A stretch of DNA of 64,000 bases. Origin: Eledone cirrhosa. Lineage: Eukaryota. Below are positions 52,841 to 64,000 of the stretch, piece by piece. Location of the stretch: NCBI GenBank assembly GCA_964016885.1, contig OZ024742.1, positions 326,864,001 to 326,928,000 on the forward strand, read 5' to 3'. The notes under the pieces are model-generated. The model was given only the letters and a program-made list of their open reading frames with translations. It searched no databases and was not told the DNA's origin. Position numbers and translations under genes: made by a program. Each line of letters begins with the position of its first letter. Position 1 is the stretch's first letter.

Positions 52841-53336
52841 CAATAAAAGATAAACAAATACTCAACTACTGAAATCTAATATCACTAGGATTTTTTTTTA
52901 ACACGCTGACGCATATGTGTATATATGTGTGCACATGTGTATGTGCATATGCATTCATTTATATTATGAGTATATAAATATAAATGTGCAAACAGACACA
53001 CAACTTAGACATACATTCACACAAACACAGCATAACAAATGGAACGCCTGCCGCTATTATGCTATAGTTTTTTCATCACCCCATGCCTTTCTTTTACACA
53101 CATATACATTCATGCAGGCGCGGTCATAAAGAGAGAGAAGTAGCATGAGGTAATCAAACTACTCCTCTCTCTTTACGTGTTGTGACAGAATCACAGAAAT
53201 TTATATATAGATATGTGATGTCCTAATTGTTATGATTGGTGTAATTTAAAGAAGATTTGGCTGCTATATTTTGCAGGTTGAGCAATCATATAGAGGCACC
53301 CTTAGTGACAAGCTGCTGACAAGTATCATAGAAGAG

Positions 53337-53735
53337 ATAATAATGAATAATAATGAAATTATTGTGCACATTGCTCAGGTGCACTACAACTCATCAAAGG
53401 TGCATGTATACTACATAGAATAATTGTTTCTACTTTTGGCACAAGGCCAGCAATTATCCCAGTGTATTACTGGTACTTTATTTTATCGACACCGTAAGGA
53501 TGAAAGGCAAAGTTAACCTAGGCGGGATTTGAACTCAGAATGGCAAGGGCCATAACTCTTTGCTGCAAACTCTTTGCCGACCCTCTACCGATACTGCCAT
53601 CCGCCGCCCTTAGTATAGTACATAGAATAATGTACAAATGTCAGGAAAATGAACAGTGTACGAGTCATGAAATACATGTGTGCATGGAGGGGGGATATCA
53701 GGTATAGTGTTGGCGAATCTCAGGAAACATGGAGG
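53337..53735 (-). mobile_element. CR1-group LINE 3' end interrupted by a SINE
   Basis: Homologous to 63533-63735, with (ATA)n tail. Confidence 0.8.
53425..53612 (-). mobile_element. tRNA-derived SINE with 19-bp TSD
   Basis: TSD GTATA(C/G)TACATAGAATAAT at 53406-53424 and 53613-53631; B box GTTCAAATCC on the minus strand. Confidence 0.88.
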
Positions 53736-53962
53736 TGTCCCTAATCACTGATCCCTGTAACTCCTAATGCAATTGAAGGGATGCTGTGATGACATATGGC
53801 TTATCTTGGGCATTCTAAGCCTGGCAATGCCCTTCCCTCTCCTGTTTTAATCACAGCCGACTCCTTCCAGAGAGTGGGTGGTCAGGATTGAGGGAAGGAG
53901 AGAAAAAGAGAAAAGAATGGATCCTAAAACTGAATTGGTACATTATTTATCAACCTCAAAAG

Positions 53963-54009
<47 letters not shown>

Positions 54010-54521
54010 ATTAACTCCAGTACTGAAGTGGTGGTACTTTACTTAACCTCGAAAAGATAAAAGGCAAAGTTAGCCTCAGGCGAAATTTGAAGGGAGAGAG
54101 AAAGGGAGAGAGAAAGAGAGAGAGAAAGAATAATCAACCCCAGTACTAAATTGGTACTTTCAAAGCACAGTGAGCATGGTATGTCTTTTATTAGCTCCAA
54201 TCCCCCATGTTCCAAAGATGTATTGATGATAGTTTTAATTTAGTTTCCGAAGCACAGGTTCAGACAAAGTAAATTGTGCAAATTTAACCCTTTAGCATTT
54301 CCATTACTCATATGTACTATTGCATTTTCACAGTAAATGCTTATCTCACATAATATTCAATCTACAAGATTTTGATATTATTTATTTTGAGAACAATACC
54401 TTAACATCAGTATGAGCAGCCGGTTACAGCTGGTTTGAACACAAAGAGGTGAGAGAATGCTGGCTGGATACTGCTGGTTGAAATGCTAATGGGTGAATCA
54501 AAACATTTTATTATTAGTTGT

Positions 54522-54713
54522 GGCGGTGGATTGGCAGCATCGGTAGAGGGTTGGACACCATGCTTTGCATCAAAGAGTTACGACCCTTTATGGTCTGAGT
54601 TCAAATCCCACCGAGGTTAACTTTGCCTTTCACCCTTACGGGGGTCGATAAAATAAAGTACCAGTAATACACTGGGATAATTGCTGGCCTTGTGCCAAAA
54701 GTAGAAACAATTA
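54522..54713 (+). mobile_element. tRNA-derived SINE (short-tail form)
   Basis: A box TGGCAGCATCGG, B box GTTCAAATCC, central GCCTTTCA.CCTTACGGGGTCGATAAAATAAAGTACCAG (MetaSINE-like domain, from recall). Confidence 0.88.
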
Positions 54714-55065
54714 TATTTCTAATATCTTTTTTTAATGATGTAAAAATTATTGTGTAATCCCAGTCTGGGGTAGTAAATTACAAAAGTTAAGCAGTATTTT
54801 TTATGCAGCTTTTAAACCTTTCGTTACCATATTTCTAGTGAAAGACTGCCTGTCATTTTCAAATCATTACAGAAAATAATATATAATTTGGAAGGAATTA
54901 GTAAAATAACTAACATTTTCAGTGTTAAGCTGGTGTTTGGAACATAACTTAACAAAGGTTCTTATTTATTATAGGTTTTCAGAAAAATATAAACACTTAA
55001 AAATTAATAGCTTAATGATAGAGCCATGAGAAGTCTCATTTGGATTAGTATCAAATGGGTTAAGC

Positions 55066-55133
55066 TAGAGGTTCTCAAACTTTTTGGGTCACCCCCCACC
55101 AGGTGTCGGTAGCACCTACTTTGAGAACCTCTG
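55066..55133. mobile_element. 68-bp hAT (Charlie-like) MITE
   Basis: Ends TAGAGGTTCTCAAA / TTTGAGAACCTCTG; perfect 8-bp TSD GGTTAAGC. Confidence 0.85.
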
Positions 55134-55652
55134 GGTTAAGCTGACATCTAATGATAAAAATGTACTAAGAAACCATGTTATTGTCAAGAATCTAAGCTAA
55201 AATAAAAACAAAAAAAATGTATTCCAAAGACAACTATAGATGATGTAACTCAGATTTCATTGCCCAACAAGCTGAAGATAGCTAGCAGTTGAGGTATCAG
55301 CTGCTTTCCAATAGGTTTGTTGTTGGACCTATAGTAGTTGAGATTTCTGGCATTCTCTGTCATCAAACCACCTCCATACTTGCTACTGCTACTGGGACAG
55401 AGTTGGCCACAAGCAGGAGTAATTCCCCTGAGTTGGAATGGCTCTTTTATCACAGTGTTTTCTCTATTCTGTCTGTTGGGACCATGAGGTGAAATGTGGA
55501 TGAGGGAAGGGGAACAACAACCTTTCATTGGTTGGTATTAGCCTGCAGCTGTGGAGGTGTTACCATTAACCACTACATGCACACATACATGCATAGTTTG
55601 AATAAGAATTAAACAATTTTTATTATTTACAAGTAGAAACAATTATTTACAA

Positions 55653-55872
55653 GGGAAGTGGATTAGCAGTATCGGTAGAGCATCAGACACCATGCTTTGC
55701 AGTATAGAGTTATGGCACTTTACATTCTTAGTTCAAATCCTGCCAAGGTTAACTTTGCCTTTCACCCTTAAAGGGTCGATAAAATAAAGCACCAGTAACG
55801 CACTGGAGTCAATTTAATTGACTTTCCACACCCCCAAAATTGCTGGCCTTGTGCCTATGGTAGAAATCATTA
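55653..55872 (+). mobile_element. tRNA-derived SINE (long-tail form)
   Basis: Same family; flanked by ATTATTTACA direct repeat. Confidence 0.88.
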
Positions 55873-56827
55873 TTTACATAATTGTTTAGTAGAAATATGT
55901 GAAAACAGGTTTGTCAATTCAAATGTTTGTACTATCTTTACTAGTGAACAGATGTTTGTGAAAATTTGCAATATAAAAATACTTCAAGTTTTAGTGTGGT
56001 GCAGTCAGTGTTTTATGTGTTTCAAGAATGTCTTGCTAGTGCAGTTTCATATGGTACAGGATGTAAAGAATTATACATGTTAATAATATAACTCATTACA
56101 CTGATATTCTGGAAAGTATAGAATAACTGACATTACATTACATTACATTTTTGTTCTGTTAATTGAAACACAAACCAGTTCGCAGATAATTAAAATGGTG
56201 TGGAGTAAGAGTAATTAATACGATAGCATTTTCATTATAGAGTTATTACAGTGAACAAATTGACAGAGGAGCTTCTATCATCATTGTTGTCTTAATACCA
56301 ACCAGCTTGGCACCACACCTGGTCTAGTGTTACCAAACTGCTCATATTTAAATTGAAACGAAATTTCTGTAAATTGCATAAGCACAGGTTTGGTTGTGTG
56401 ACTGCATAAGTTCTGGCATGGCTGTGTGGTTAAGATGTTTACTTTTCAAACCACACAACTTCAGTTCAGTATTTTTAACTGTAGTCTTTGGTTAGTCACT
56501 GACCTATCTAGGAGGGCAGTGCATCCAAATAAAACTTGGGATATGACCTCTCAAACCCATGCTTATATTATCTACCACTTCCACAGCTACTACTATATAA
56601 TGTACATATCATCTACAATACTAATGGGCAAGGCTTTACATGGTCACTTAACCTACTAGAAACAGCAGCCAAATCTTACTCAAGCAATATCCTACTGGTC
56701 TTAAAAAGAAAAAAAAACATTATGTAGTCCTATATACCCTTAAAAAGAGAGGATGGTGACAGCTGGAATGCATTTAACTGTAGGTCTGTTAGATCAGGGT
56801 TGACCTTGGAGCTTAACAACATCAACC

Positions 56828-57075
56828 AGACAGTCAGAGACAATCAGACAGATGGATAGCTGGGCAGGGTGACAGACATATGGACAGACAGGCCAACAGA
56901 CAGATGGATTGGTGGACAGACAGTCAGATGAATTGATAGACAGACAAACTGACAGATGAATGGATGGGTAGATGGATAGGCAGACAGATAAACAGACTGA
57001 CAAATGAATGGATGGTCAGATGGATGGAAAGGTGAATGAGCAGACAGGCAGATAGACAGATGGGCCACTAGATAG
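56828..57075. repeat. Degenerate (GACA)/(GATG) tetranucleotide repeat
   Basis: Direct reading. Confidence 0.85.
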
Positions 57076-57804
57076 AAAAATAGATATATTTTCCTTCAAA
57101 TTCATTGACTCATTCAGTTACCACACTATCATATTGTATACACACTATACCATCTACCATTCCACCAATAAACCAGCTATCTGATTACCCTAATGACCGA
57201 AATCTTTAAACAAGCACAACCAAATTTTGTGCATCAATATTTCTAGGTCAGTGAAAATAGTTTTACAGGTTTGACAAGTTCACCAAAATTATTCCATTCG
57301 CTTGACATTCTTAAAATAATTAAGACAGCAAATACTAATAGTTTTTTTTTTTCTCTCTAATTAAATATGGAGTGAATTAATTAGAAAAAATATAGAATAA
57401 AGAGAAAAAAAAAATCATCTACAAAGACTGTAACCTGATCTATTCTTGTTAGCTTACCAAGCTTGAAAAATTGTTTGAAATGTACCAACAAATGTAGCCA
57501 TGTGGTTAAGAAGTTTGTTTTGTAATCAAAGTTTTGAGTCCAATCCCACTAGGTTGACTAAAAACTCAGAGTGAAATTGGCTAGACAGAAACTATGTGTT
57601 AGCCCAATGAAGGGAGGGTACCTGTCCTTGAATGGCAGATTTAATCTGTCACCCAGTATATGTGATAGCTGGCCATAATGTTTTGAAATGAAAATTATTT
57701 AATTTCATCCTACACCTTGTAAGTTTAACTGGCCTTCTATGAGGTTTCATCTTATAGGAGGGTTCTTGAGTATTTTAATAAAAGGCCCCAGTCTTATGAA
57801 AAGC

Positions 57805-57915
57805 AATGTGAAATGAAATGTCTTGATCAAGAACACAATGCACTGCTCAGTCCAGGAATCAAACCCACAACCTATGATCGAGAGTGCAACACATTTACTA
57901 CTAAGCCACACACCT
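57805..57915 (-). mobile_element. Head of a second tRNA-derived SINE family (degenerate)
   Basis: Minus strand GTGTGGCTTAGTAGTAAA...GGTTTGATTCC (A/B-box like) followed by TTGTGTTCTTGATCAAGACA. Confidence 0.55.
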
Positions 57916-58125
57916 TCGCTATAATATTTTCAACACCAATCAGTCTTCTTTTAGATGTTGCAGTTGTTGTCACTATTTTAGTTGCTTGGTCTTCATTGAG
58001 CAGACCTATGATGAAAACCATTCCTGTTATGACCATTCAGCATCATTATCATCATCACACATTCACCACTATCAGGCCACCCACCACCAACCTCACCATC
58101 ACTATCAACCTACCACCACCACCAC

Positions 58126-58405
58126 CAGGGGCCTTGTTTGCCTTAAAAATGTGAGGGGGACAAACCAACATTTGTTGATTCTTAAAGGAGTATAAATTGC
58201 TTATGGTGCCTTTCCGGGACCCTATCACAAAAGTAAAATTTTACGCTAATTAAATTATATATATTCAAATGAAGTTCAGATATAAAAAAAAATAAGCTTA
58301 AAAAGAATTTATTATATCAAATAAACAAAAAATAAAATATAGACGTTTGAAAAGGTGGGGGGGGGGGGGCTTGTCCCCTGGTACCCCTCTGAAACAAGGC
58401 CCTTG
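58126..58405. mobile_element. 280-bp hAT-type MITE inserted in an ACC repeat
   Basis: TIRs CAGGGGCCTTGTTT / AAACAAGGCCCTTG; ACCACCAC on both flanks. Confidence 0.75.
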
Positions 58406-59233
58406 ACCACCACCACCAGACCAACACCACCTCACCATCACAACCATCACCTTACCACCACCTCCACCATCAAGCCCACTGCCATCAGGTCCACCATTGG
58501 CGACCATGCAATTTTCTTCTTGATTGTTCCAAAGTGGCCAACAAAACTTTCAATTCTCCCATAGCTAATTCAACAGTACCACACCACGCCTCATAATAGT
58601 GAGGTGAAAGAGGAGGATAATCTTCTATTATCATATATGACTGCTACCTCACCCCTTACCATAGTAACAGGGAGGAAGGATAAACCTATATTAGATGATG
58701 GAAAAATAAAACTATTACCCTAATTTCTATAAATATATATTTCCATGTGACAATGTTGACATTATCTTTAGTTCTGAGGCCACACAATCTGAAATGGCAA
58801 ATATCACAGAGAGAGAGAGAGAGATATGCTTACTCATGTTTTTGTTTCTCTCTTATTTTACAGGTTGTTGTTATAGTTACTGATCACAGTTATTATACCA
58901 CTGTTATTTTATACCTACACCAGTGTAAATTACCAGTCATAAATGCTTATGTCTGTTGCTTCTATGTCAACTGCATCTGTTTTATTAGACATATTTGCGT
59001 TCAAGCTACCTACATTTTTGTTTTGTTTACTGTTTAGTCACTGAGAGAAAGGCAATACCCATGGTCTTTTTCAGGGCCTCCAAGACTGGTGAGGGAGAGA
59101 GTGTAGGGAAAGGAAGATATTCATACACAAACCAGATACATGTGTTGCATTCTTGCACCTACTACTATCACTGTCAAAAGCACTTGCTTTACCAAATATA
59201 TTTGAATTCTAACAAACTACCATTATTTTTTTA

Positions 59234-59350
59234 CTGAGTTCAAATCCCGCCGAGGTTAACTTTGCCTTTCATCCTTACGGGGTCGATAAAATAAAGTACT
59301 AGTAATGTACTGGGTAATTGCTGGCCTTGTGCCAAAAGTAAAAACAATTA
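59234..59350 (+). mobile_element. 5'-truncated SINE (short-tail form)
   Basis: Starts at CTGAGTTCAAATCCCGCCGAGG; same body as the other copies. Confidence 0.85.
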
Positions 59351-60039
59351 TTTTTTTACTGTTTAATCATAGAGGGAAAGGCAGTTGATCCTGGAGAGAA
59401 AGGTAGTTTGATCAGGAAAAAAAAGGTAATGTCCATGACTATTTTTTTTGGGGGGGGGGGGGAGATTGGTGAGAGGGAGGGAGAAACAAAGTTATCCTCA
59501 AATTGAAGACTTGGCCATAATACTGCACTTTGATCTTAGTCAAAAGGCCAAGAAGTAATTACCTGGCCTTAATGCTAACAACAAAGTCAACTCCCCTAAA
59601 AGTTCCCAGGGCATGGTGGTAGTGTTAAGCCAGGTAACAGGTTAAGTCTATCACCTAAGAACTACAGGAGCATAGACCTGGAACAAATGTGGCAAGACAT
59701 CTCATCTGATGCTATGACAAATTCACCAATTCACTGCCCATAACTGACCCCAAAAAGATAAAGGACAGAGTTGACCTCAGCCTCAGTGAGATTTGAACTC
59801 AGAAAGAATACTACAACTAGAGGAAATATTGCAAGGCAGTTTGTCCTATGCTCTAACAACTCTCCAATTCATTATCTCAATGGTAGTAAAAGACACGTCT
59901 AAAATGAACTTCTATATTTTCGGAAGAATGAAATTAATAATCCTTCTAACACTAATGTTGTCTGTTATCTTTTCCTCTATATATTTTATTTCTAATAAGC
60001 ATTTTAATACCCAGTGCTCATTGTGTAAACATTTTAACA

Positions 60040-60650
60040 TTAACTTGACTTGTTGTTTATTGTTTATTCCACTGAGAGACTCGTGGGGACAGACTCTTCA
60101 GACACATCTTCTAGAGGGTCCTATCAGAAACAACCATCCCCAAATGATCCAGATGAATGCCTATGCGAGACCAACAAATCTTACAGATGTTATCCAACTA
60201 TCTTGCTCATGGTCTATGTCTGGGACTCCTGCCAGCTGGCTCAACTCGTAAAATATGTCCTGTAATTCTTTCCTTAGACATTCTAACCACATGTCCTTAG
60301 TATCAGAGCTGTGTTCTCTCGGTGTGGAGAAATAGCGGCTCTACCTGGAGCAATGCCCTCATCTCTAAGCTACGCACTCTGTCAAATAACATTACTCCAA
60401 AGACCCTTGGGAGGAACCCCTTTTCAGCCACTTGTATTCACGATCATATCCTTCCAATCATTACTCAAGATTCATGACCATAGGCAAGAGTAGATATGAA
60501 CACTGAATTGAAGATGGCAAATTTGGCTTTTACATCTACCTGCTTTTTTCTGATGACCAAGTGCTGAAGCTGGCACATTACTGCACTAGCAGTAATATCT
60601 GAGTAATATCTGTGAATAATCAGCAATCTATTCTCTAAAAACTGTACTCT
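60040..60650 (-). mobile_element. Old RTE-clade LINE 3' fragment
   Basis: Minus strand translates ASAVMCQL..KAKFAIFNSVFISTLAYGHES*VM...RIQVAEKGFL, an RTE post-RT region with stops. Confidence 0.7.
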
Positions 60651-60942
60651 TTATCATCTATGTTGTTGTTTACCACTTCATCAACACAGATGCATGAATA
60701 TATACAGGCTGACATATGCTTACATTCATACACAGACATGCACGCATGCGCACACAAATACAGAGGCAGACACAGGGGCAGGCATCAGCCGCCCAAACAC
60801 ACACGCATAAATACATACAGTTGGTCACATATCTACATACACACATACATACACAGTATGTAACATATACACAAACACACATACTCATGCAAGCAGTAAC
60901 AAAAGCACATATGCATAAACACACATACACACACTCTCTATG

Positions 60943-60945
<3 letters not shown>

Positions 60946-61000
<55 letters not shown>

Positions 61001-61012
61001 TGTGTGTGTGTA
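60946..61012. repeat. (GT)n microsatellite
   Basis: Direct reading. Confidence 0.97.
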
Positions 61013-61924
61013 TGTGCCTATGTATGTGTATCTATGTTGCAAATTCAGTGCTTGACCTCTGAGAAAGTCAAGCTTTTTCAGCTTTGAAAATGTAACAATT
61101 CTCACAGACAGAACAATTGTAATTACCATATCCCCGACCACTACATTCAATAGCACCACTCCACAGACACATACTGTCATCTCCAATACTACTACCATCC
61201 TTTACAACCATTAAACCAACTCCACCCTGCTTAACAATCGTAACAACAACCATCATCATCCTACAACTCCCCAGTACCACCAGCACCACCACCAGCTTAG
61301 CAACTACTACAACCATTATCATTAGCAACTACCACCATGGCAACCACTACTACCATTATTGCCACCATCACTACAGCCCACTACCATCACCTCCGATATC
61401 ATTAGAAACCACTACCACCATCATCACCACCACCACCAATATCATTAGAAACCACTACCACCACCACCTCAAATATCATTAAGAATCACTAACTACAACC
61501 ATCATCATCATCATCATTACCACAACCCTTTATCATCCCCATATCAACCTGAACTAATAAAGGAACCTCTTTGTGGCCATTGTACCTGCTAGTAGTAGCA
61601 GTTAAATCCCTCTTAGATGCTACCTCACTGTCTTAAAAAAAGAATGCAAATAATGATGTGGTCTGAGGGATGAGTGGATGGTCTCTGCACATAAGAGGAA
61701 AGATGGTCACAGTTGAAATTTCTTTGATTATAAGTCTGCTCAGTTAGAGCTGACCTGCGTCAATCAACAACAACTGAATTTACTTAAATGAAATGAAATT
61801 CATCAAAATAAACAATGGAAGCAGCCTTTTATCATAATCATTTTAGATGGACCATCAAGGTTGTTTAGAGTGTTGGTTACATATATAGATATACCTACAT
61901 TACAATCATTATATATAAGATATT

Positions 61925-62144
61925 AGGGCAGTGAATTGGCAGTATCAGTAAAGCATCGGACACTGTGCTTTGCAACACAGAGTTACGGCCCTTTCCGTTC
62001 TGAGTTCAAATCCCGCCGAGGTTAGCTTTGCCTTTCATCCTTACTAGGTCGGTAGAATAAAGCACCAATAATGTACTGGGGTCAATTTAATCAACTTTCC
62101 CTTCCCCAAAAATTGTTAGTCTTGCGCCTAAATCAGAAATCATT
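61925..62144 (+). mobile_element. tRNA-derived SINE, first of a tandem pair
   Basis: A/B boxes, central domain, long tail. Confidence 0.88.
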
Positions 62145-62159
62145 ATATATAAGATATAA

Positions 62160-62380
62160 GGGCGGTGGATTGGCAGTATCGGTAGAGGGTCAGACACCAT
62201 GCTTTGTAGCATAGAGTTACGGATCTTTATGATCTGAGTTCAAATCCCGCCGAGGTTACCTTTGCCTTTCATTCTTACGGGGTCGATAAAATAAAGTACC
62301 AGTCACGCACTGGGGTTGATTTAATCAACTTTCCCCCCTCTTCAAAATTGCTGGCCTTGTGCCTATATAAGAAACAATTA
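62160..62380 (+). mobile_element. tRNA-derived SINE, second of a tandem pair
   Basis: GGGCGGTGGATTGGCAGTATCGG...GTTCAAATCCCGCC...GAAACAATTA. Confidence 0.9.
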
Positions 62381-62764
62381 TATGTAAGATATATATTGTT
62401 TTTTCTTTTAGCTCTTTTGAATTAATGAAAACTGGTGCTTTGTGCTACATTCCTGACAATTAAACCTGATGATATCCCCACACTCAGTGCCAAACCTTTT
62501 GAATTGTAATTAAAATGCATAGCATAAAATCATTTCCTTTCTGACAGAATATGAACAAATTGCAAATAAGAGGTGTCAACCAGTTCTACTTATTGTATAT
62601 GAAATGAAAATGAAATTTACAGAACATACCTACACTGGTTTAGCTGGCCTCCTACATGGTTGCATTATAAGTTTCTCATATGTTATCATGAAACACAACA
62701 TAAAAGGAAACATCTTCCTTAAGAATACATCCCCCACTCTGTCCAGCAACCAAACCCTCTAACT

Positions 62765-63062
62765 CAGAAGTTGTCAAACTGTTTGGGTCACCGCCGCCCT
62801 CGCGTATTTCCAGAGAGACTTCTCTATGTGCAAATTGTAAATAGTATATAATAAATAAAATCATTAATTTATAAATAATAATTAATATAATATATACTAT
62901 GTATAAATAAATATTATATATATATTTTTTACTATATTTATATATAAAATGTATCATTTGATATTTAATATACTATTATATCATCTGTATTGCTCCACCA
63001 GTGCCCCCTAGACCTTCTCAACACCCTACGGTGGGTGGTAGTACCTACTTTGAGAACCTCTG
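62765..63062. mobile_element. 298-bp hAT (Charlie-like) MITE, same family as 55066-55133
   Basis: Ends CAGAAGTTGTCAAAC / TTTGAGAACCTCTG; perfect 8-bp TSD CTCTAACT. Confidence 0.85.
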
Positions 63063-63532
63063 CTCTAACTACCACACTATGTGCCTTCACTTACTCATTG
63101 TATAGTGCCACAACTGTTACCAAATAAAAAGAAAAACTAATCCTTCCTGTACTAAACTCCCACCATAAACTAAATTCTTGCATGAGTGACGAGAGATTCA
63201 AGTGAATTGTAAGTGCAATGTCCTCTTTATGTAACAGCCGACATGCTTGTTCAGGTAGCAGATGTGTTGTATTTTTAGTTGCTGTCAAAAAGATTATTGC
63301 AAAAGAACGGCACCTACCCGTCATCACAATCACACACTATTTTCTTTCTTTTAAAACAAGATCCTAATTCTGAAATGGCAAAGAATTGACAGAGTCATTA
63401 GAACAGCAGATAGCATATTTTATAGCATTCATTCTGGCTCTCTGCATTAAACCCACTGAGGCCAACTTTGCCTTTCATAATTTCAAGGTCAATAAAAAAA
63501 AGTACCTGTCCAGTATTGGGATCAATTCTTAC

Positions 63533-64000
63533 TAATAATAATAATAATGAAAATATTGTGTACAGTGCTCATGTGCACTACAACTCATCAAAAGTGTATG
63601 TATAGTACATAAGATAATGTACAAACGTCAGGAAAATGAACAGTGCATGAATATACACGTTATATACACATGTGTGCATGTGTATGGAAGGGGGACATCA
63701 GGTGTAGTTTTGACGAATTTCGGGAAGCATGAGGGTTTTAAAGGATGCAGTGTCTCGGCAGCTAATAACTGACGCAGGCAGTTTGTTCCATGCTTCAGCA
63801 ACTCGAAGCATGAAAAAATGTTTCTGAAAGTCATGGGAGCTGTGCTGTTTTCTGACTTTGTAGGCATGTCCACGTGTGTTAGACACATGGAGATCAAAAA
63901 GGTGCTCAGGGTTGCAATTTGGCGAGATGGTTAATAACTTTGTGGGTGTTTACCAAGTCCATTGCCAAACGTCGGAGCTTCAATGAATCCATGCCCAGGA
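63533..64000 (-). mobile_element. CR1-group LINE 3' end (runs off the window)
   Basis: NTRGHAYK...HFFMLRVAEAWNKLPASV...FK is a CR1-type C-terminus; (TTA)n tail at ~63533-63548. Confidence 0.85.

Noticed and set aside
55250-55545. Possible host exon on the minus strand (92-aa ORF near a CAG acceptor)
   Set aside because: In-frame TAA between the acceptor and the ATG, no recognisable domain and no partner exons.
54522-62380. tRNA genes at GTTCAAATCC motifs
   Set aside because: These are SINE heads followed by the SINE body; no cloverleaf.

Overview
Repeat-dominated animal genomic DNA, probably cephalopod/octopod (inferred from the tRNA-derived SINE family and TA-rich landscape). I found no convincing host gene. 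Bases 1-4.6 kb are a C/A-rich 34-bp satellite and ACC repeats. About 5.3-51.7 kb is a giant (TA/TACA)n domain with a 200-N gap, hosting young retroelements. The main one is an 11.4-copy, near-identical 424-bp tandem array. Every full unit carries a minus-strand minimal type I hammerhead ribozyme, and the array ends in a fold-back inversion at an internal hairpin (a retrozyme/Penelope-dependent candidate). Also present: a 5'-truncated Penelope-like element (RT + GIY-YIG) with a 1.15-kb inverted arm; a second PLE fragment (GIY-YIG, long 3' region, hammerhead); a duplicated head-to-head RTE/CR1 cassette; and two bipartite RTE-derived elements. Bases 52-64 kb hold SINEs, hAT MITEs and old LINE ends. 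The long I/Y/H/T ORFs are microsatellite artefacts. All calls were made by eye; no searches were run.
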